A stretch of 64,000 bases of DNA from an uncultured Clostridia bacterium (lineage in GTDB: Bacteria > Bacillota > Clostridia > Oscillospirales > CAG-272): contig CANRFY010000001.1 in assembly GCA_947630015.1 (NCBI GenBank), positions 9,894-73,893 of the forward strand. Reading direction: 5' to 3'. A program made the position numbers and the translations under genes. This document shows, one piece after another, positions 1-10,099 of the stretch (within the stretch, counting starts at the first letter, position 1; each line of letters starts with the position of its first letter). Under the pieces are notes generated by a model, which saw nothing but the letters and a program-made list of their open reading frames with translations, searched no databases and was not told where the DNA came from.

Positions 1-1204
1 GAGATGCGGCGACGATTTTATGTGGCTGCCGTATGCCGCGGCCGAATATGTGCTTTCGACCGGCGACGGCGAATTACTGACGGCGCGCGCGCCGTATCTG
101 CAATCGCCGCCGCTCAAAAGCGGAGAGGAAGACAGATATGAGACGGCGCTGCGTACGGAGGCGCGCGCGACTGTGCTTGAGCATTGTATCGCCGCGATCG
201 AGGCGTCGTTTGAGCGCGGAGCGCACAGACTGCCGCTGATCGGAAGCGGCGATTGGAACGACGGGATGAACGAGGTCGGCATACGCGGACGCGGCGAAAG
301 CGTATGGCTCGCATTCTTTTTCGCCGTCGTTTACAGGCGGTTTGCCGAGATGATGCGCGGGCTTTCGATCGACCCGGGTATGTCGGAGCGTCTGATGTAT
401 GAGGCCGACGCGCTCGTCGCCTCCGCGGAAGAAAACGCATGGGACGGCGGCTGGTATGTGCGCGCGTTCGACGACGACGGAGGCGTTATCGGCTCGTCGT
501 CGTGCGCGGAATGCAGGATCGATCTTATGCCGCAGGCGTTCGCCGTATTTGCCGACGCGGACAGATCGAGAACGTCAAAGGCTCTATCAGAGGTGAAAAA
601 GCGCCTTTACGACGGCACGCTCGGCATACTGCGCCTGTTTGAGCCGTCGTATTCGGAAACGACGCGTCACGGATATATTTGCCGATATCCTTCAGGCATA
701 CGTGAAAACGGCGGACAGTATACGCACGCCGCGATCTTCTGCGCGGCTGCGTATTTCGCCGCCGGCGATCGCGAGACGGGCGAGCTGATCATTTCGTCCG
801 TATCGCCGTCCGGAATTTACGGCGCGGGAAGAAAGAACGGGAAATATACGGCGGAGCCGTATTTCCTCGCCGCCGACGTTTACTACGGAGAGGGAATAAC
901 CGGCATGAGCGGATGGAGCGGCTATACCGGTTCGGCGTCGTGGTTTTACCGCGTCGCCATGAAATACTGCCTCGGCGTGACTCTGCGTAACGGATACGCC
1001 GTCGTGACCCCGCCCGCAAATATCAAAGACGGCTACGCCGTCTGCATCCGCGTCGGCGGATGCAGTATGAAGCTTTCGGTGCGTACGGACGACTGCGGCG
1101 CAGACGCCGACGCGGATGAGGTATACGCCGTCAGGGCCGGAGGCTCCGTGACGATACGCCCGCACGGGGAATCGGCAAAAATTTTAGTGAAAGTGGAAAA
1201 GTAA
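1..1204 (+). CDS. C-terminal part of a GH94-type glycan phosphorylase / cyclic beta-1,2-glucan synthase-like catalytic domain. The 5' end lies outside the window.
   Basis: The frame of ORF 20..1204 stays open back to nt 2. The GDWNDGMN motif is recalled from the cellobiose/chitobiose phosphorylase family. A hairpin terminator follows. Confidence 0.6.
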   Translation, partial: RCGDDFMWLPYAAAEYVLSTGDGELLTARAPYLQSPPLKSGEEDRYETALRTEARATVLEHCIAAIEASFERGAHRLPLIGSGDWNDGMNEVGIRGRGESVWLAFFFAVVYRRFAEMMRGLSIDPGMSERLMYEADALVASAEENAWDGGWYVRAFDDDGGVIGSSSCAECRIDLMPQAFAVFADADRSRTSKALSEVKKRLYDGTLGILRLFEPSYSETTRHGYICRYPSGIRENGGQYTHAAIFCAAAYFAAGDRETGELIISSVSPSGIYGAGRKNGKYTAEPYFLAADVYYGEGITGMSGWSGYTGSASWFYRVAMKYCLGVTLRNGYAVVTPPANIKDGYAVCIRVGGCSMKLSVRTDDCGADADADEVYAVRAGGSVTIRPHGESAKILVKVEK

Positions 1205-1223
1205 ATCGCAGATTCTATTGCAA

Positions 1224-1260
1224 AAGACGCCCGAATATTGTAAAATATATCGGGCGTCTT
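1224..1260 (+). terminator. Hairpin after the GH94-like gene
   Basis: 11-bp stem AAGACGCCCGA/TCGGGCGTCTT with a 15-nt loop, followed by a short T tract. Confidence 0.5.
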
Positions 1261-1287
1261 TCAGCGTCCGGCGAAAGGAGAGGTTAT

Positions 1288-2283
1288 ATGCTCGGAGCTT
1301 TGCTCGATGCGGAAGTAAACACATTGTCATTCCCCGGACTCGGGATCGGCGAATTTGACGTAAACAAGATAGCGTTTACTGTTTTCGGCAGAAGCGTCGC
1401 GTGGTACGGTATAATCGTGACGCTCGCGATCGTATCTGTGTGCGCGACCGTATATATAAAAGCGCCGTCGCGCGGCATAAAGCGCGACGATATACTCGAC
1501 TATTTCATCTTCTCGATCATATTCGGCATAATCGGAACGCGTCTTTACTACGTACTGTTCGACGGGATCGGCTCGTATATCAAAACCGACGGGAGCGTAC
1601 TCGAGAACATATGGGGGACGTTTGTAAATATAATCGCCATCTGGAACGGAGGACTCGCCATATACGGCGGAATAATAGCCGTCGTATTAACGGTGTTTTT
1701 CGTATCGAAAAAGAAGAAAATCTCGATGCTGAAGATCCTCGACATGGCGGGACACGGCGCGCTGCTCGGACAGGCGATCGGGCGCTGGGGCAATTTCATG
1801 AACGCCGAGGCGCACGGCGCCGAGACCGATATATTCTGCCGTATGGGGATAAAGGACAGTTTCGGAGTGACGCATTATTATCATCCGACGTTTCTTTATG
1901 AATCGCTCTGGAATCTGTGCGGATTCTTCGTTATTATGCTGCTTTTGAAATTCAAGCGGCAGAAATACGACGGACAGGTATTTTTGTGGTACGTGACGTG
2001 GTACGGCTTCGGTCGTATGTTCATCGAGGGACTCCGCACCGACAGCCTTTATATCGGATCGACGAATATCAGAGTTTCGCAGATGCTCGCGTTCATTCTG
2101 TTCCTGGTCGGCACGGCGCTGCTGATTGCGCTTAAAATAAAGAAATACGAGCGCACATCCGACGCCGTCGCGGCGGCGGAGGCGGAGTCGAACGATGCTG
2201 ACGAGGCGAATGCCGCAGAGGATACGTCGTCCGAGGAAGCGGCCGATGGAGAGGGGGAGACGACAGATGGCAAAGATAATTGA
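1288..2283 (+). CDS. lgt: Prolipoprotein diacylglyceryl transferase with an acidic C-terminal tail
   Basis: GRWGNFMNAEAHG signature and a multi-TM profile. RBS AGGAGAGG lies upstream of the ATG. Confidence 0.9.
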   Translation: MLGALLDAEVNTLSFPGLGIGEFDVNKIAFTVFGRSVAWYGIIVTLAIVSVCATVYIKAPSRGIKRDDILDYFIFSIIFGIIGTRLYYVLFDGIGSYIKTDGSVLENIWGTFVNIIAIWNGGLAIYGGIIAVVLTVFFVSKKKKISMLKILDMAGHGALLGQAIGRWGNFMNAEAHGAETDIFCRMGIKDSFGVTHYYHPTFLYESLWNLCGFFVIMLLLKFKRQKYDGQVFLWYVTWYGFGRMFIEGLRTDSLYIGSTNIRVSQMLAFILFLVGTALLIALKIKKYERTSDAVAAAEAESNDADEANAAEDTSSEEAADGEGETTDGKDN

Positions 2284-3130
2284 CGGGAAGAAAGTTTCCG
2301 CGTCGCTTCGCGAAAAAATTCGCGAGAAAACGGCGCTTATGGCGGTGAAACCCGGGCTTGCCGTCGTAATCGTCGGAGACGATCCGGCATCGCACGTATA
2401 CGTGAGAAATAAAAAGCGCGGCTGCGAGGAGGTCGGATTCAACTCATGGGTTTATGAGCTGCCCGAATCGACGACGCAGGACGAATTGCTCGCGCTGATC
2501 GATCGGCTTAACGCAGACGACGACGTTCACGGCATACTCGTGCAGCTCCCGCTGCCGAAACATATAGACGAATCGATCGTAACGGAGCGCATCGTGCCTG
2601 ACAAGGACGTCGACGCGTTCAACTCCGTAAACGCCGGACGCATATTCAAGGGCGGAGCCGTGCTTCTGCCGTGTACGCCGGCGGGGATAATGGAGCTTTT
2701 GAAATATTATGATATCGAGGTACGCGGCCGCCGATGTGTCGTCATAGGGCGCAGCAATATCGTAGGCAAGCCTATGGCGATGCTGCTTTTGGCGGCGGAC
2801 GGCACCGTGACCGTATGCCATTCGCGCACGCGCGAGCTTGCGTCGATCACAAAAGAAGCCGACATCCTCGTCGCCGCCGTCGGCAAGGCGGGATTCGTCA
2901 CGGCCGATATGGTCAAGGACGGCGCGGTTGTGATCGACGTCGGCATGAATCGTGACGAGAACGGAAAGCTCTGCGGCGACGTCGACTTTGCATCCGTCGA
3001 GCCGAAATGCTCCTACATCACGCCCGTCCCGGGCGGGGTAGGGCCAATGACGATAACGATGCTTCTGCGAAATACGCTCGCAGCGGCAAAGTATATAATC
3101 CAAAATGACAAAACTGAGGTGGAAAAATGA
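2267..3130 (+). CDS. folD: Bifunctional methylenetetrahydrofolate dehydrogenase/cyclohydrolase
   Basis: MAKIIDGKK start and VGDDPASHVYVRNK motif. ORF 2195.. has a basic, non-homologous N-extension, so the internal ATG at 2267 is preferred. That start overlaps the lgt end by 17 nt. Confidence 0.9.
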   Translation: MAKIIDGKKVSASLREKIREKTALMAVKPGLAVVIVGDDPASHVYVRNKKRGCEEVGFNSWVYELPESTTQDELLALIDRLNADDDVHGILVQLPLPKHIDESIVTERIVPDKDVDAFNSVNAGRIFKGGAVLLPCTPAGIMELLKYYDIEVRGRRCVVIGRSNIVGKPMAMLLLAADGTVTVCHSRTRELASITKEADILVAAVGKAGFVTADMVKDGAVVIDVGMNRDENGKLCGDVDFASVEPKCSYITPVPGGVGPMTITMLLRNTLAAAKYIIQNDKTEVEK

Positions 3131-4041
3131 CACTTGTCGTACTTGCAGCAGGAATGGGTTCGCGCTACGGCGGACTTAAACAGATCGACCCGATCACGAA
3201 GCATGGAAACTTCATCATCGACTTTTCGGTCTATGACGCGATACAAGCCGGATTCGACCGCGTTGTATTCATTATCAAGCCGGAGAACGAAGGAGATTTC
3301 GAGGAAACGATAGGCGCGCGCCTGCGCGGAAAGATCAACGTAGAATACGCTTATCAGACGTCTGACGTCTGCCCCGAGGGCATCGAGGTGCCGGCCGAAA
3401 GAACGAAGCCGTGGGGTACGTCGCACGCGCTTCTGTGCGCGGAAAAGGTCGTCGGCGACGACAAATTCGCCGTCATCAACGCGGACGATTTCTACGGACG
3501 CGAAATGTACATGAAGATCGCGGAATACCTTAAGGAAGACAAAAAGACGTCCGTGCCGACGTTCTGCATGGTCGGATACGTACTTAAAAACACAATGTCC
3601 CCGAACGGCACCGTCACGCGCGGCATATGCAAGACGAACGACGCCGGCAAGCTGACGTCCATCGTCGAGACGTTCAAGATTCAGCCGAACGCGAATATCC
3701 CCGAAGGCGCGGAATCGCTCGAGGACGGCGAATGGCGTCCGCTCGACGAGAACAGCATCGTTTCGATGAACTGCTGGGGAATGACGAAGGAAGTGTTCCC
3801 GTTCCTGCGTGAAAATATCGTTCGCACGTTCAACGCCCCGGGCGCTGACACGATGAAGTGCGAGGCGCTTCTTCCGACGGCTGTATATGAGATGATCGTC
3901 GCCGGCAAATGCGAGGTCGATATGCTCACGAGCAACGCTCACTGGTTCGGCGTCACCGTGCGCGAGGACAAACCGACAGTCGTCGCGGCTATCAACGAGC
4001 TTATCGACGCGGGCGTTTATCCGGACGATCTTTGGGCTTAA
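3127..4041 (+). CDS. Sugar-phosphate nucleotidyltransferase (NTP-transferase fold); substrate unknown
   Basis: N-terminal LAAGMGSRYGGLKQ glycine-rich loop typical of nucleotidyltransferases. Overlaps the folD stop by 4 nt. Confidence 0.65.
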   Translation: MTLVVLAAGMGSRYGGLKQIDPITKHGNFIIDFSVYDAIQAGFDRVVFIIKPENEGDFEETIGARLRGKINVEYAYQTSDVCPEGIEVPAERTKPWGTSHALLCAEKVVGDDKFAVINADDFYGREMYMKIAEYLKEDKKTSVPTFCMVGYVLKNTMSPNGTVTRGICKTNDAGKLTSIVETFKIQPNANIPEGAESLEDGEWRPLDENSIVSMNCWGMTKEVFPFLRENIVRTFNAPGADTMKCEALLPTAVYEMIVAGKCEVDMLTSNAHWFGVTVREDKPTVVAAINELIDAGVYPDDLWA

Positions 4042-4067
4042 ATTATAATTGAGAGGAGATCAAAAAA

Positions 4068-5084
4068 ATGACGATTCTCGTTACGGGCGGCGCGGGCTTT
4101 ATAGGATCGCACACCGTCGTTGAGCTGCTTTCGGCAGGGTACGACGTTGTCGTTTTCGATAATTTCTACAACAGCAAGCCGTGCGTCGTCGACAGAATAA
4201 AAAAGATCACTGGCAGGGATTTTAAATTCTACGAGGCCGATATGCTCGACCGCGCTGCGATCGATAAAATATTCGACGAAAACAAGATCGACGCCGTGAT
4301 CCATTTCGCCGGACTGAAAGCCGTCGGCGAATCGGTGAAAATCCCGCTCACGTATTATTACAACAACATCGCCGGAACGATCGTTTTGTGCGAATCGATG
4401 TCGGCTCACGGCTGCAAGCGCATCGTGTTCTCGTCGTCCGCGACAGTATACGGCGAGCCTGATCACGTTCCGATGCAGGAGGATTTCCCGATAACGCACG
4501 CGACGAATCCGTATGGCGAAACGAAGATACTGATCGAGCGCATACTGAAGGATCTCTGCGTATCCGATCCCGAATGGAGCGCGTGCTGCCTGCGTTATTT
4601 CAACCCCGTCGGCGCTCATAAGAGCGGACTTATCGGTGAGGACCCCATGGGTATCCCGAACAACATCATGCCGCGTATCCAGAAGGTCGCGACAGGCGAA
4701 TGGGATTCGATCACCGTATTCGGCAATGACTACAACACGCCGGACGGTACCTGCATCCGCGATTACATACACGTCACCGATCTCGCGCAGGCGCACATAG
4801 CGGCGCTCAAGCGCGCCGCGTCCGTCGTAGGCTGGGAGACGTACAATATCGGATGCGGCAGAGGATATTCGGTGCTTGAGATCATCGCCGCGTATGAGCG
4901 CGCGTGCGGCCATCAGATCAAGCGCGAGATGTGTCCTCGCCGCCCGGGCGACATTGCGGTTTCATACGCCGATCCGTCCCGCGCGCGCGACGTTCTCGGA
5001 TGGGAAGCGAAGCTGACGATCGACGATATGTGCCGCGATTCGTATAATTTCAGGATAAAGAATCCGAAGGGATACGAGGACTGA
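4068..5084 (+). CDS. galE: UDP-glucose 4-epimerase
   Basis: VTGGAGFIGSH Rossmann motif, NPYGETK (YxxxK), 338 aa. Confidence 0.92.
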   Translation: MTILVTGGAGFIGSHTVVELLSAGYDVVVFDNFYNSKPCVVDRIKKITGRDFKFYEADMLDRAAIDKIFDENKIDAVIHFAGLKAVGESVKIPLTYYYNNIAGTIVLCESMSAHGCKRIVFSSSATVYGEPDHVPMQEDFPITHATNPYGETKILIERILKDLCVSDPEWSACCLRYFNPVGAHKSGLIGEDPMGIPNNIMPRIQKVATGEWDSITVFGNDYNTPDGTCIRDYIHVTDLAQAHIAALKRAASVVGWETYNIGCGRGYSVLEIIAAYERACGHQIKREMCPRRPGDIAVSYADPSRARDVLGWEAKLTIDDMCRDSYNFRIKNPKGYED

Positions 5085-5086
5085 AG

Positions 5087-6142
5087 ATGAGCATTGAAAA
5101 ATCAAGCTTCGGTGTAACAAAAGACGGCGTTGCCGTCACATCGTATACGATGAGCAACGGCAAAATGAGCGTCCGCTTCATCGATCTCGGCGGCACCGTG
5201 ACAGATATAAACGTACCAGATAAAAACGGCGTTCTTGCAGACGTCGTTCTCGGTTACGACGATCCCGATCTTTATCTTACGTGCGGCGGCTACCCGGGCG
5301 CGATACTCGGACGCGTAGGGAACCGCATAGGCGGCGCGAAATTCACGCTCGACGGCGTGCTTTATAAGCTTTACGTGAACGATCACGGCAATCATCTGCA
5401 CGGAGGCAGGATCGGATTTGACCGCCGTATGTGGGACGTTAAGATCATAAGCGACGGCGACGAGCCGGAGGCGGAGCTGACATACGTATCGCCCGACGGT
5501 GAGGAGGGCTATCCCGGGACGCTCACCGTCCGCGTCACATACAAGCTCACAAAGGACTGCGAATTATCGATGCGCTACACTGCTGTCACGGACAAACGCA
5601 CCGTTCTGAATCTGACGAATCATTCGTATTTCAATCTCGCGGGAGCAGGCTCCGGCGACGTGCTTGATCATGAGCTGCTCGTCGCAGCAGATGAATTCGG
5701 CGAGGTCGATGGCGAATTGATCCCGACGGGACGGTCGATCCCCGTAGACGGAAGACCGCAGGATTTCAGAGTCAGAAAGCGCGTAGGGCAGGATATCGAC
5801 GCGGATGACGAACAGCTCCGTTACGGACAGGGTTACGATTTGACGTATATCCTTCATAACGGCGGCAGACTCGAGCTTGCCGCAAAGGTATGGGAACCCG
5901 TGTCGGGACGGACTATGACGGTCTACACCGATCAGCCCGCCGTACAGCTTTATACGGGCAACTGCCTTGACGAAAGCGAACCGCCGTTCAAAAACGGCGC
6001 GCGCAAGATAAAGCACGCGGGACTATGTCTTGAAACGCAGCATTATCCCGACAGCCCGAATCATCCGGAGTTCCCGTCCGTTGTGCTGTCGCCCGGCGAA
6101 GTATTCGATCACACGACTGTGTTCGCGTTCTCCGTTGAGTGA
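5087..6142 (+). CDS. galM: Aldose 1-epimerase (mutarotase)
   Basis: LTNHSYFNL motif, 351 aa, 2 nt after galE. Confidence 0.85.
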   Translation: MSIEKSSFGVTKDGVAVTSYTMSNGKMSVRFIDLGGTVTDINVPDKNGVLADVVLGYDDPDLYLTCGGYPGAILGRVGNRIGGAKFTLDGVLYKLYVNDHGNHLHGGRIGFDRRMWDVKIISDGDEPEAELTYVSPDGEEGYPGTLTVRVTYKLTKDCELSMRYTAVTDKRTVLNLTNHSYFNLAGAGSGDVLDHELLVAADEFGEVDGELIPTGRSIPVDGRPQDFRVRKRVGQDIDADDEQLRYGQGYDLTYILHNGGRLELAAKVWEPVSGRTMTVYTDQPAVQLYTGNCLDESEPPFKNGARKIKHAGLCLETQHYPDSPNHPEFPSVVLSPGEVFDHTTVFAFSVE

Positions 6143-7044
6143 AGATAGCGGTGCGGGACGCGCCGGACGGGAAAACAGTATACGCGGTTCTTCGCGAAAA
6201 CGGTTTGTCCGGCACGCTTATCAAGTTATGTAAATCGCGCCCGCACGGAATTACGGCTGCGGGCAATGACGTCACCGTGCGGGCTGTCGTCCGCACGGGT
6301 GACGTCATAATCATCGACGACAGCGATATGTTTGACGACGAGAACGAATACATTTTCCCGTCGGAGGACAAGGTCGATATCCTTTACGAGGACGACAACG
6401 TCTTCATTATAAATAAGCCGGCCGGTATGCCGACGCATACGTCCCACGGCCACCATCTCGACACGCTCGCGAACGCGCTCTGCGCCGAATACAGACGGCG
6501 CGGGATGCCGTTCGTTTTCCGTCCAGTCAACAGACTCGACGCCGATACGAGCGGCGCTGTAATGGCGGCAAAAGGGAAGGCGTCCGCAAATTCAATGTCA
6601 AAACAGCTCGCGCGCGGCTTAATAAAAAAGACGTATATCGCCGTCCTCGACGGCGAAATGGACGCCGAGATCGGCAAGCTGTCGACGGTGCGCTCATATA
6701 TACGCAGACGATCGGACACCATAATACTGCGCGAATCGTCGGACGATTCCGAAAGCGGCGACTATGCCGAGACCGATTTTGTGCCGCTCTATATCGGCGG
6801 CGGGATCACGGTCGTCCGCGCTATGCCTAAGACGGGACGGACGCATCAGCTTCGCGTTCATTTTTCATCTCTCGGGCATCCGATCACGGGCGACGAGCTG
6901 TACGGCGGAAAAAGAGAGCTGATATCGCGTCAGGCGCTTCATGCGTATTCGCTCGCATTTGAAACGGAAAACGGCGCCGTGACCGTCACGTCTCCGTTGC
7001 CGGACGATATGCGGTCGATTGTAGATGGGAAAATACATTTATAA
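6139..7044 (+). CDS. RluA/RluD-family pseudouridine synthase
   Basis: NRLDADTSG catalytic-Asp motif and HQLRVH...GHPITGDELYGG. GTG start overlaps the galM stop. Confidence 0.85.
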   Translation: MKIAVRDAPDGKTVYAVLRENGLSGTLIKLCKSRPHGITAAGNDVTVRAVVRTGDVIIIDDSDMFDDENEYIFPSEDKVDILYEDDNVFIINKPAGMPTHTSHGHHLDTLANALCAEYRRRGMPFVFRPVNRLDADTSGAVMAAKGKASANSMSKQLARGLIKKTYIAVLDGEMDAEIGKLSTVRSYIRRRSDTIILRESSDDSESGDYAETDFVPLYIGGGITVVRAMPKTGRTHQLRVHFSSLGHPITGDELYGGKRELISRQALHAYSLAFETENGAVTVTSPLPDDMRSIVDGKIHL

Positions 7045-7059
7045 GCGCGCCGCTTATAA

Positions 7060-8202
7060 ATGCTCGGGAAAGGATTTGGAAAGCTCCGCTTTATGCTGAA
7101 AAAGATACACAAATATGTGCCGTGGGCGCCGATGGTGCTGTTCGCCATTCTGCCGATCGCCGTGATCATACACGTAGTCGGCGCTTTTTCAACGCGCTTT
7201 GCGGACTTTTTCAATATACACATAGCGTCCTTATACCGCGCCGCCGCGTCGTATATTTCCGGCGTGATCCCGTTTTCGTTTGCCGAAACGATCATAATAT
7301 TCCTGCCCGCCGCGCTCATCATCGCCATATTCGGACTCGTGCCGAGGATCGCCGACGACAGAGTGAAGAGCATCCGATATATATTTTCGCTCTTGGCCGT
7401 GCTTGCGTTTATCTATATATCGTTCGTATTTACGCTCGCGACGGGATATCAGGGATCGTCCGTCACGGATAAGCTCGGCGTGGAACGCCGAGGCATATCG
7501 GCGGAGGAGCTTTACGACACGGCCGCCGCGCTGACGGATATGGTAAACGAGTTGTCGCGAGACGTGACGTTTTCGTCAAACGGTCAATCGGTGATGCCTT
7601 ACGATTTTGACGAGCTTAACCGGAAGCTGAACGACGCATATGTGCTTGCGGCACAGAAATACGATTTCATTATGCCGTTGCGCTCGAACGTCAAATCCGT
7701 CGCGCTGTCGGAGCCGATGACGTATACGCATATATCGGGCGTATACACGTTTTTCACCGGCGAGGCGAACGTCAATATCAACTTTCCTGATTACGTCATA
7801 GTTTATACAATGGCGCATGAAATGTCGCACCAGCGCGGTATCGCGCCGGAGGATGAGGCGAATTTCATGGCGTATCTCGTCTGCATGGAGAGTGACGATC
7901 CGTATATAAGATACGCGGCAGCTCAAAGTCTGCTCGAATATGTGTATTCGGCGCTGTCGAGCGCCGACCGCGACCTTTATCGGACGTGCTACCGTTCGCT
8001 TTCTCCGAAGGTAATAGATGAGATCCGCGCATACAACACGTTTTTCGACAAATATGAGGAAAACGTCGCCGCGACCGTTTCCGGCACAGTGAACAACACG
8101 TACCTCGTGCTTCAGGGAACGCCCGGCACACGGAGCTACGGACTTGTGGCCGATCTTGCCGTCATCTGCTATACGCAGGGGATGCTTCCCGTCGATCCGT
8201 AA
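7060..8202 (+). CDS. Membrane protein with an HExxH zinc-peptidase-like motif (DUF3810-like)
   Basis: N-terminal TM helices and HEMSHQRG motif. The DUF3810 name is from memory. Confidence 0.6.
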   Translation: MLGKGFGKLRFMLKKIHKYVPWAPMVLFAILPIAVIIHVVGAFSTRFADFFNIHIASLYRAAASYISGVIPFSFAETIIIFLPAALIIAIFGLVPRIADDRVKSIRYIFSLLAVLAFIYISFVFTLATGYQGSSVTDKLGVERRGISAEELYDTAAALTDMVNELSRDVTFSSNGQSVMPYDFDELNRKLNDAYVLAAQKYDFIMPLRSNVKSVALSEPMTYTHISGVYTFFTGEANVNINFPDYVIVYTMAHEMSHQRGIAPEDEANFMAYLVCMESDDPYIRYAAAQSLLEYVYSALSSADRDLYRTCYRSLSPKVIDEIRAYNTFFDKYEENVAATVSGTVNNTYLVLQGTPGTRSYGLVADLAVICYTQGMLPVDP

Positions 8203-8515
8203 CAGTTTCACCCGATGCGGAAACGACGCATATAATCTTTAATAGCTGCTGGAAATATTCACAATTGCGACCGGCTCGGCCGATTACAGACGTGTGTGTT
8301 ATACACAACAATCGGACGAACGCGGCCGCAAATATGTGCAAATCAAACGATTTTTCGATCAAAAGAAAAAACTTTCCGTTAACACTTTCTTTTTCCGTGC
8401 CGTTCTGTTATAATAAAATAGATATGCCCGTCGGCTGTCCGCCGACGGATCGCACGTTTGATAAAATCCACGCAGTATTGCGTTTTCTATATACCGTTAA
8501 GGAGTGATTCAACCT

Positions 8516-9790
8516 ATGGAAAAGCTCGTCATCGAGGGCGGCGTGCCGCTTCAGGGAAGCGTTGACGTAAGCGCGATGAAAAATGCCGCTTTGCCTATCA
8601 TATATGCAACGATACTTGTAGCGGGCAAATGCAGACTTGAAAATTTACCTAATATAAGCGACGTTACAACGTCATTTGAAATACTTCGCGGAATGGGCGC
8701 AAAAATCGAGCATCTCGGCAATTCGGTCGTGGAGATCGATACAACCGATCTTGTCGGATCGACGTCCGATCCCGAGCTTGTCGGAACGATAAGAGGCTCG
8801 TATTATCTGCTCGGAACGGAGCTTGGACGATTCGGAAAATCGCGCGTCGGATATCCGGGCGGGTGCGATTTCGGCGGACGTCCGATGGATCTTCATATAA
8901 AAGGATTTGAAGCGCTCGGCGGAGAGGTGATCTGCGACGATAAATACATAACGATCAACGCGCCGCTCGGCGTGCGCGGCAACGGAATCTACTTTGACGG
9001 AAACTCCGTCGGGGCGACGATAAATGTGATGCTCGCGGCCGTTCTGGCTAAGGGCATAACGACGATAGACAACCCCGCGAAGGAGCCTCATGTCGTCGAT
9101 CTTGCGAACTTTCTCAATACGTGCGGCGCGCGCATAACGGGTGCCGGCACCGATATGATAAAGATACGCGGCGTCGAAAAGCTTCACGGATGTACATACG
9201 CAATAATTCCGGACATGATCGAGGCCGGCACATATATGATCGCCGCCGCCGCGACCGGCGGCAGCATCAAGATCAACAACGTGATCCCGAAGCATCTTGA
9301 GGCGATAGCCGCAAAGCTCGAGGAGATCGGCGCGCAGGTCGAAATGCTCGACGATTCCGTCATTGTGATCGGACGAAACGAATACAAGCACACAAATATA
9401 AAAACGCTCCCGTACCCGGGATTTCCCACAGATATGCATCCGCAGATGGCTCCGCTTTTAGCCGTGGCAAAAGGGCAGAGCATCATCCGCGAAACGATCT
9501 GGCCGAAGCGCTTCCGCTATGTGGAGGAGCTGAAACGAATGGGTGCGGACATAACCGTAAACGAAGATACGGCTTCCGCCATAATAAACGGCGTAAAATC
9601 GCTGAAGCCGGCTAAAGTCAAAGCCGTAGACCTGCGCGCGGGACTCGCCGTTCTGATCGCGGGACTTATGACAGACGGCGTAACGGACATATACGACATC
9701 AAATACATCGAACGCGGCTATGAGAACATAGTCGAAAAGCTGTCGGGACTCGGCGCGAATATAAAAAGAGTTCCGATAGAGGATGAATAA
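8516..9790 (+). CDS. murA: UDP-N-acetylglucosamine 1-carboxyvinyltransferase
   Basis: MEKLVIEGG...KNAALPI N-terminus, about 424 aa. ATG at 8516 preferred over GTG at 8504 (RBS AAGGAG). Confidence 0.92.
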   Translation: MEKLVIEGGVPLQGSVDVSAMKNAALPIIYATILVAGKCRLENLPNISDVTTSFEILRGMGAKIEHLGNSVVEIDTTDLVGSTSDPELVGTIRGSYYLLGTELGRFGKSRVGYPGGCDFGGRPMDLHIKGFEALGGEVICDDKYITINAPLGVRGNGIYFDGNSVGATINVMLAAVLAKGITTIDNPAKEPHVVDLANFLNTCGARITGAGTDMIKIRGVEKLHGCTYAIIPDMIEAGTYMIAAAATGGSIKINNVIPKHLEAIAAKLEEIGAQVEMLDDSVIVIGRNEYKHTNIKTLPYPGFPTDMHPQMAPLLAVAKGQSIIRETIWPKRFRYVEELKRMGADITVNEDTASAIINGVKSLKPAKVKAVDLRAGLAVLIAGLMTDGVTDIYDIKYIERGYENIVEKLSGLGANIKRVPIEDE

Positions 9791-9840
9791 ACGAACGGAA
9801 AATCAATAAAATATTTAATATAAATCAGGAGGACTGAAAA

Positions 9841-10047
9841 ATGAAAGTAACGAAAGACATGATCATAACGGACGTACTCGCTATCGATCGCGAAACGGCA
9901 AGATTCTTCTTTGAGATCGGTATGCACTGCCTCGGATGCCCCGCATCCGCCGGCGAGACGATAGAAGAAGCCTGCGCTGTTCACGCGACCGACGCAGACG
10001 CGCTCGTCGACAAGATCAACGAATTTCTCAAGAGCAAGGGCGAATGA
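9841..10047 (+). CDS. DUF1858 / hybrid-cluster-protein-associated redox disulfide domain protein
   Basis: 68 aa with a GMHCLGCP motif. RBS AGGAGG; a terminator follows. Confidence 0.7.
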   Translation: MKVTKDMIITDVLAIDRETARFFFEIGMHCLGCPASAGETIEEACAVHATDADALVDKINEFLKSKGE

Positions 10048-10056
10048 AAAGACGAC

Positions 10057-10080
10057 GGGACGTTATAAAACGTCCCTTTT
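10057..10080 (+). terminator. Intrinsic terminator
   Basis: GGGACGTT/AACGTCCC stem, ATAA loop, then TTTT. Confidence 0.75.
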
Positions 10081-10099
10081 GTCATAGTGCTTAAATTAT

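Noticed and set aside
2195-2266. N-terminal extensions suggested by the ORF track for folD (2195), GT2 (22349), the class-V enzyme (23948), cdd (63891), the XRE regulator (63272), coaX (14742), spoIIID (16002) and the DUF4129-like gene (49346).
   Set aside because: In each case an internal start codon is preceded by a good RBS at 5-10 nt and matches the conserved family N-terminus. The extensions are basic, low-complexity sequence or overlap the neighbouring gene.
8203-8515. The 310-nt region upstream of murA, with ORF 8265-8507 (80 aa), an extended -10-like TGTTATAAT and a hairpin CCGTCGGC-tgtc-GCCGACGG. I considered a small gene or a riboswitch.
   Set aside because: The ORF has no RBS and its composition is not protein-like. 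I recognised no riboswitch consensus, and the hairpin lacks a U tract. I left it as an ordinary promoter/leader region; an Rfam scan could revisit this.
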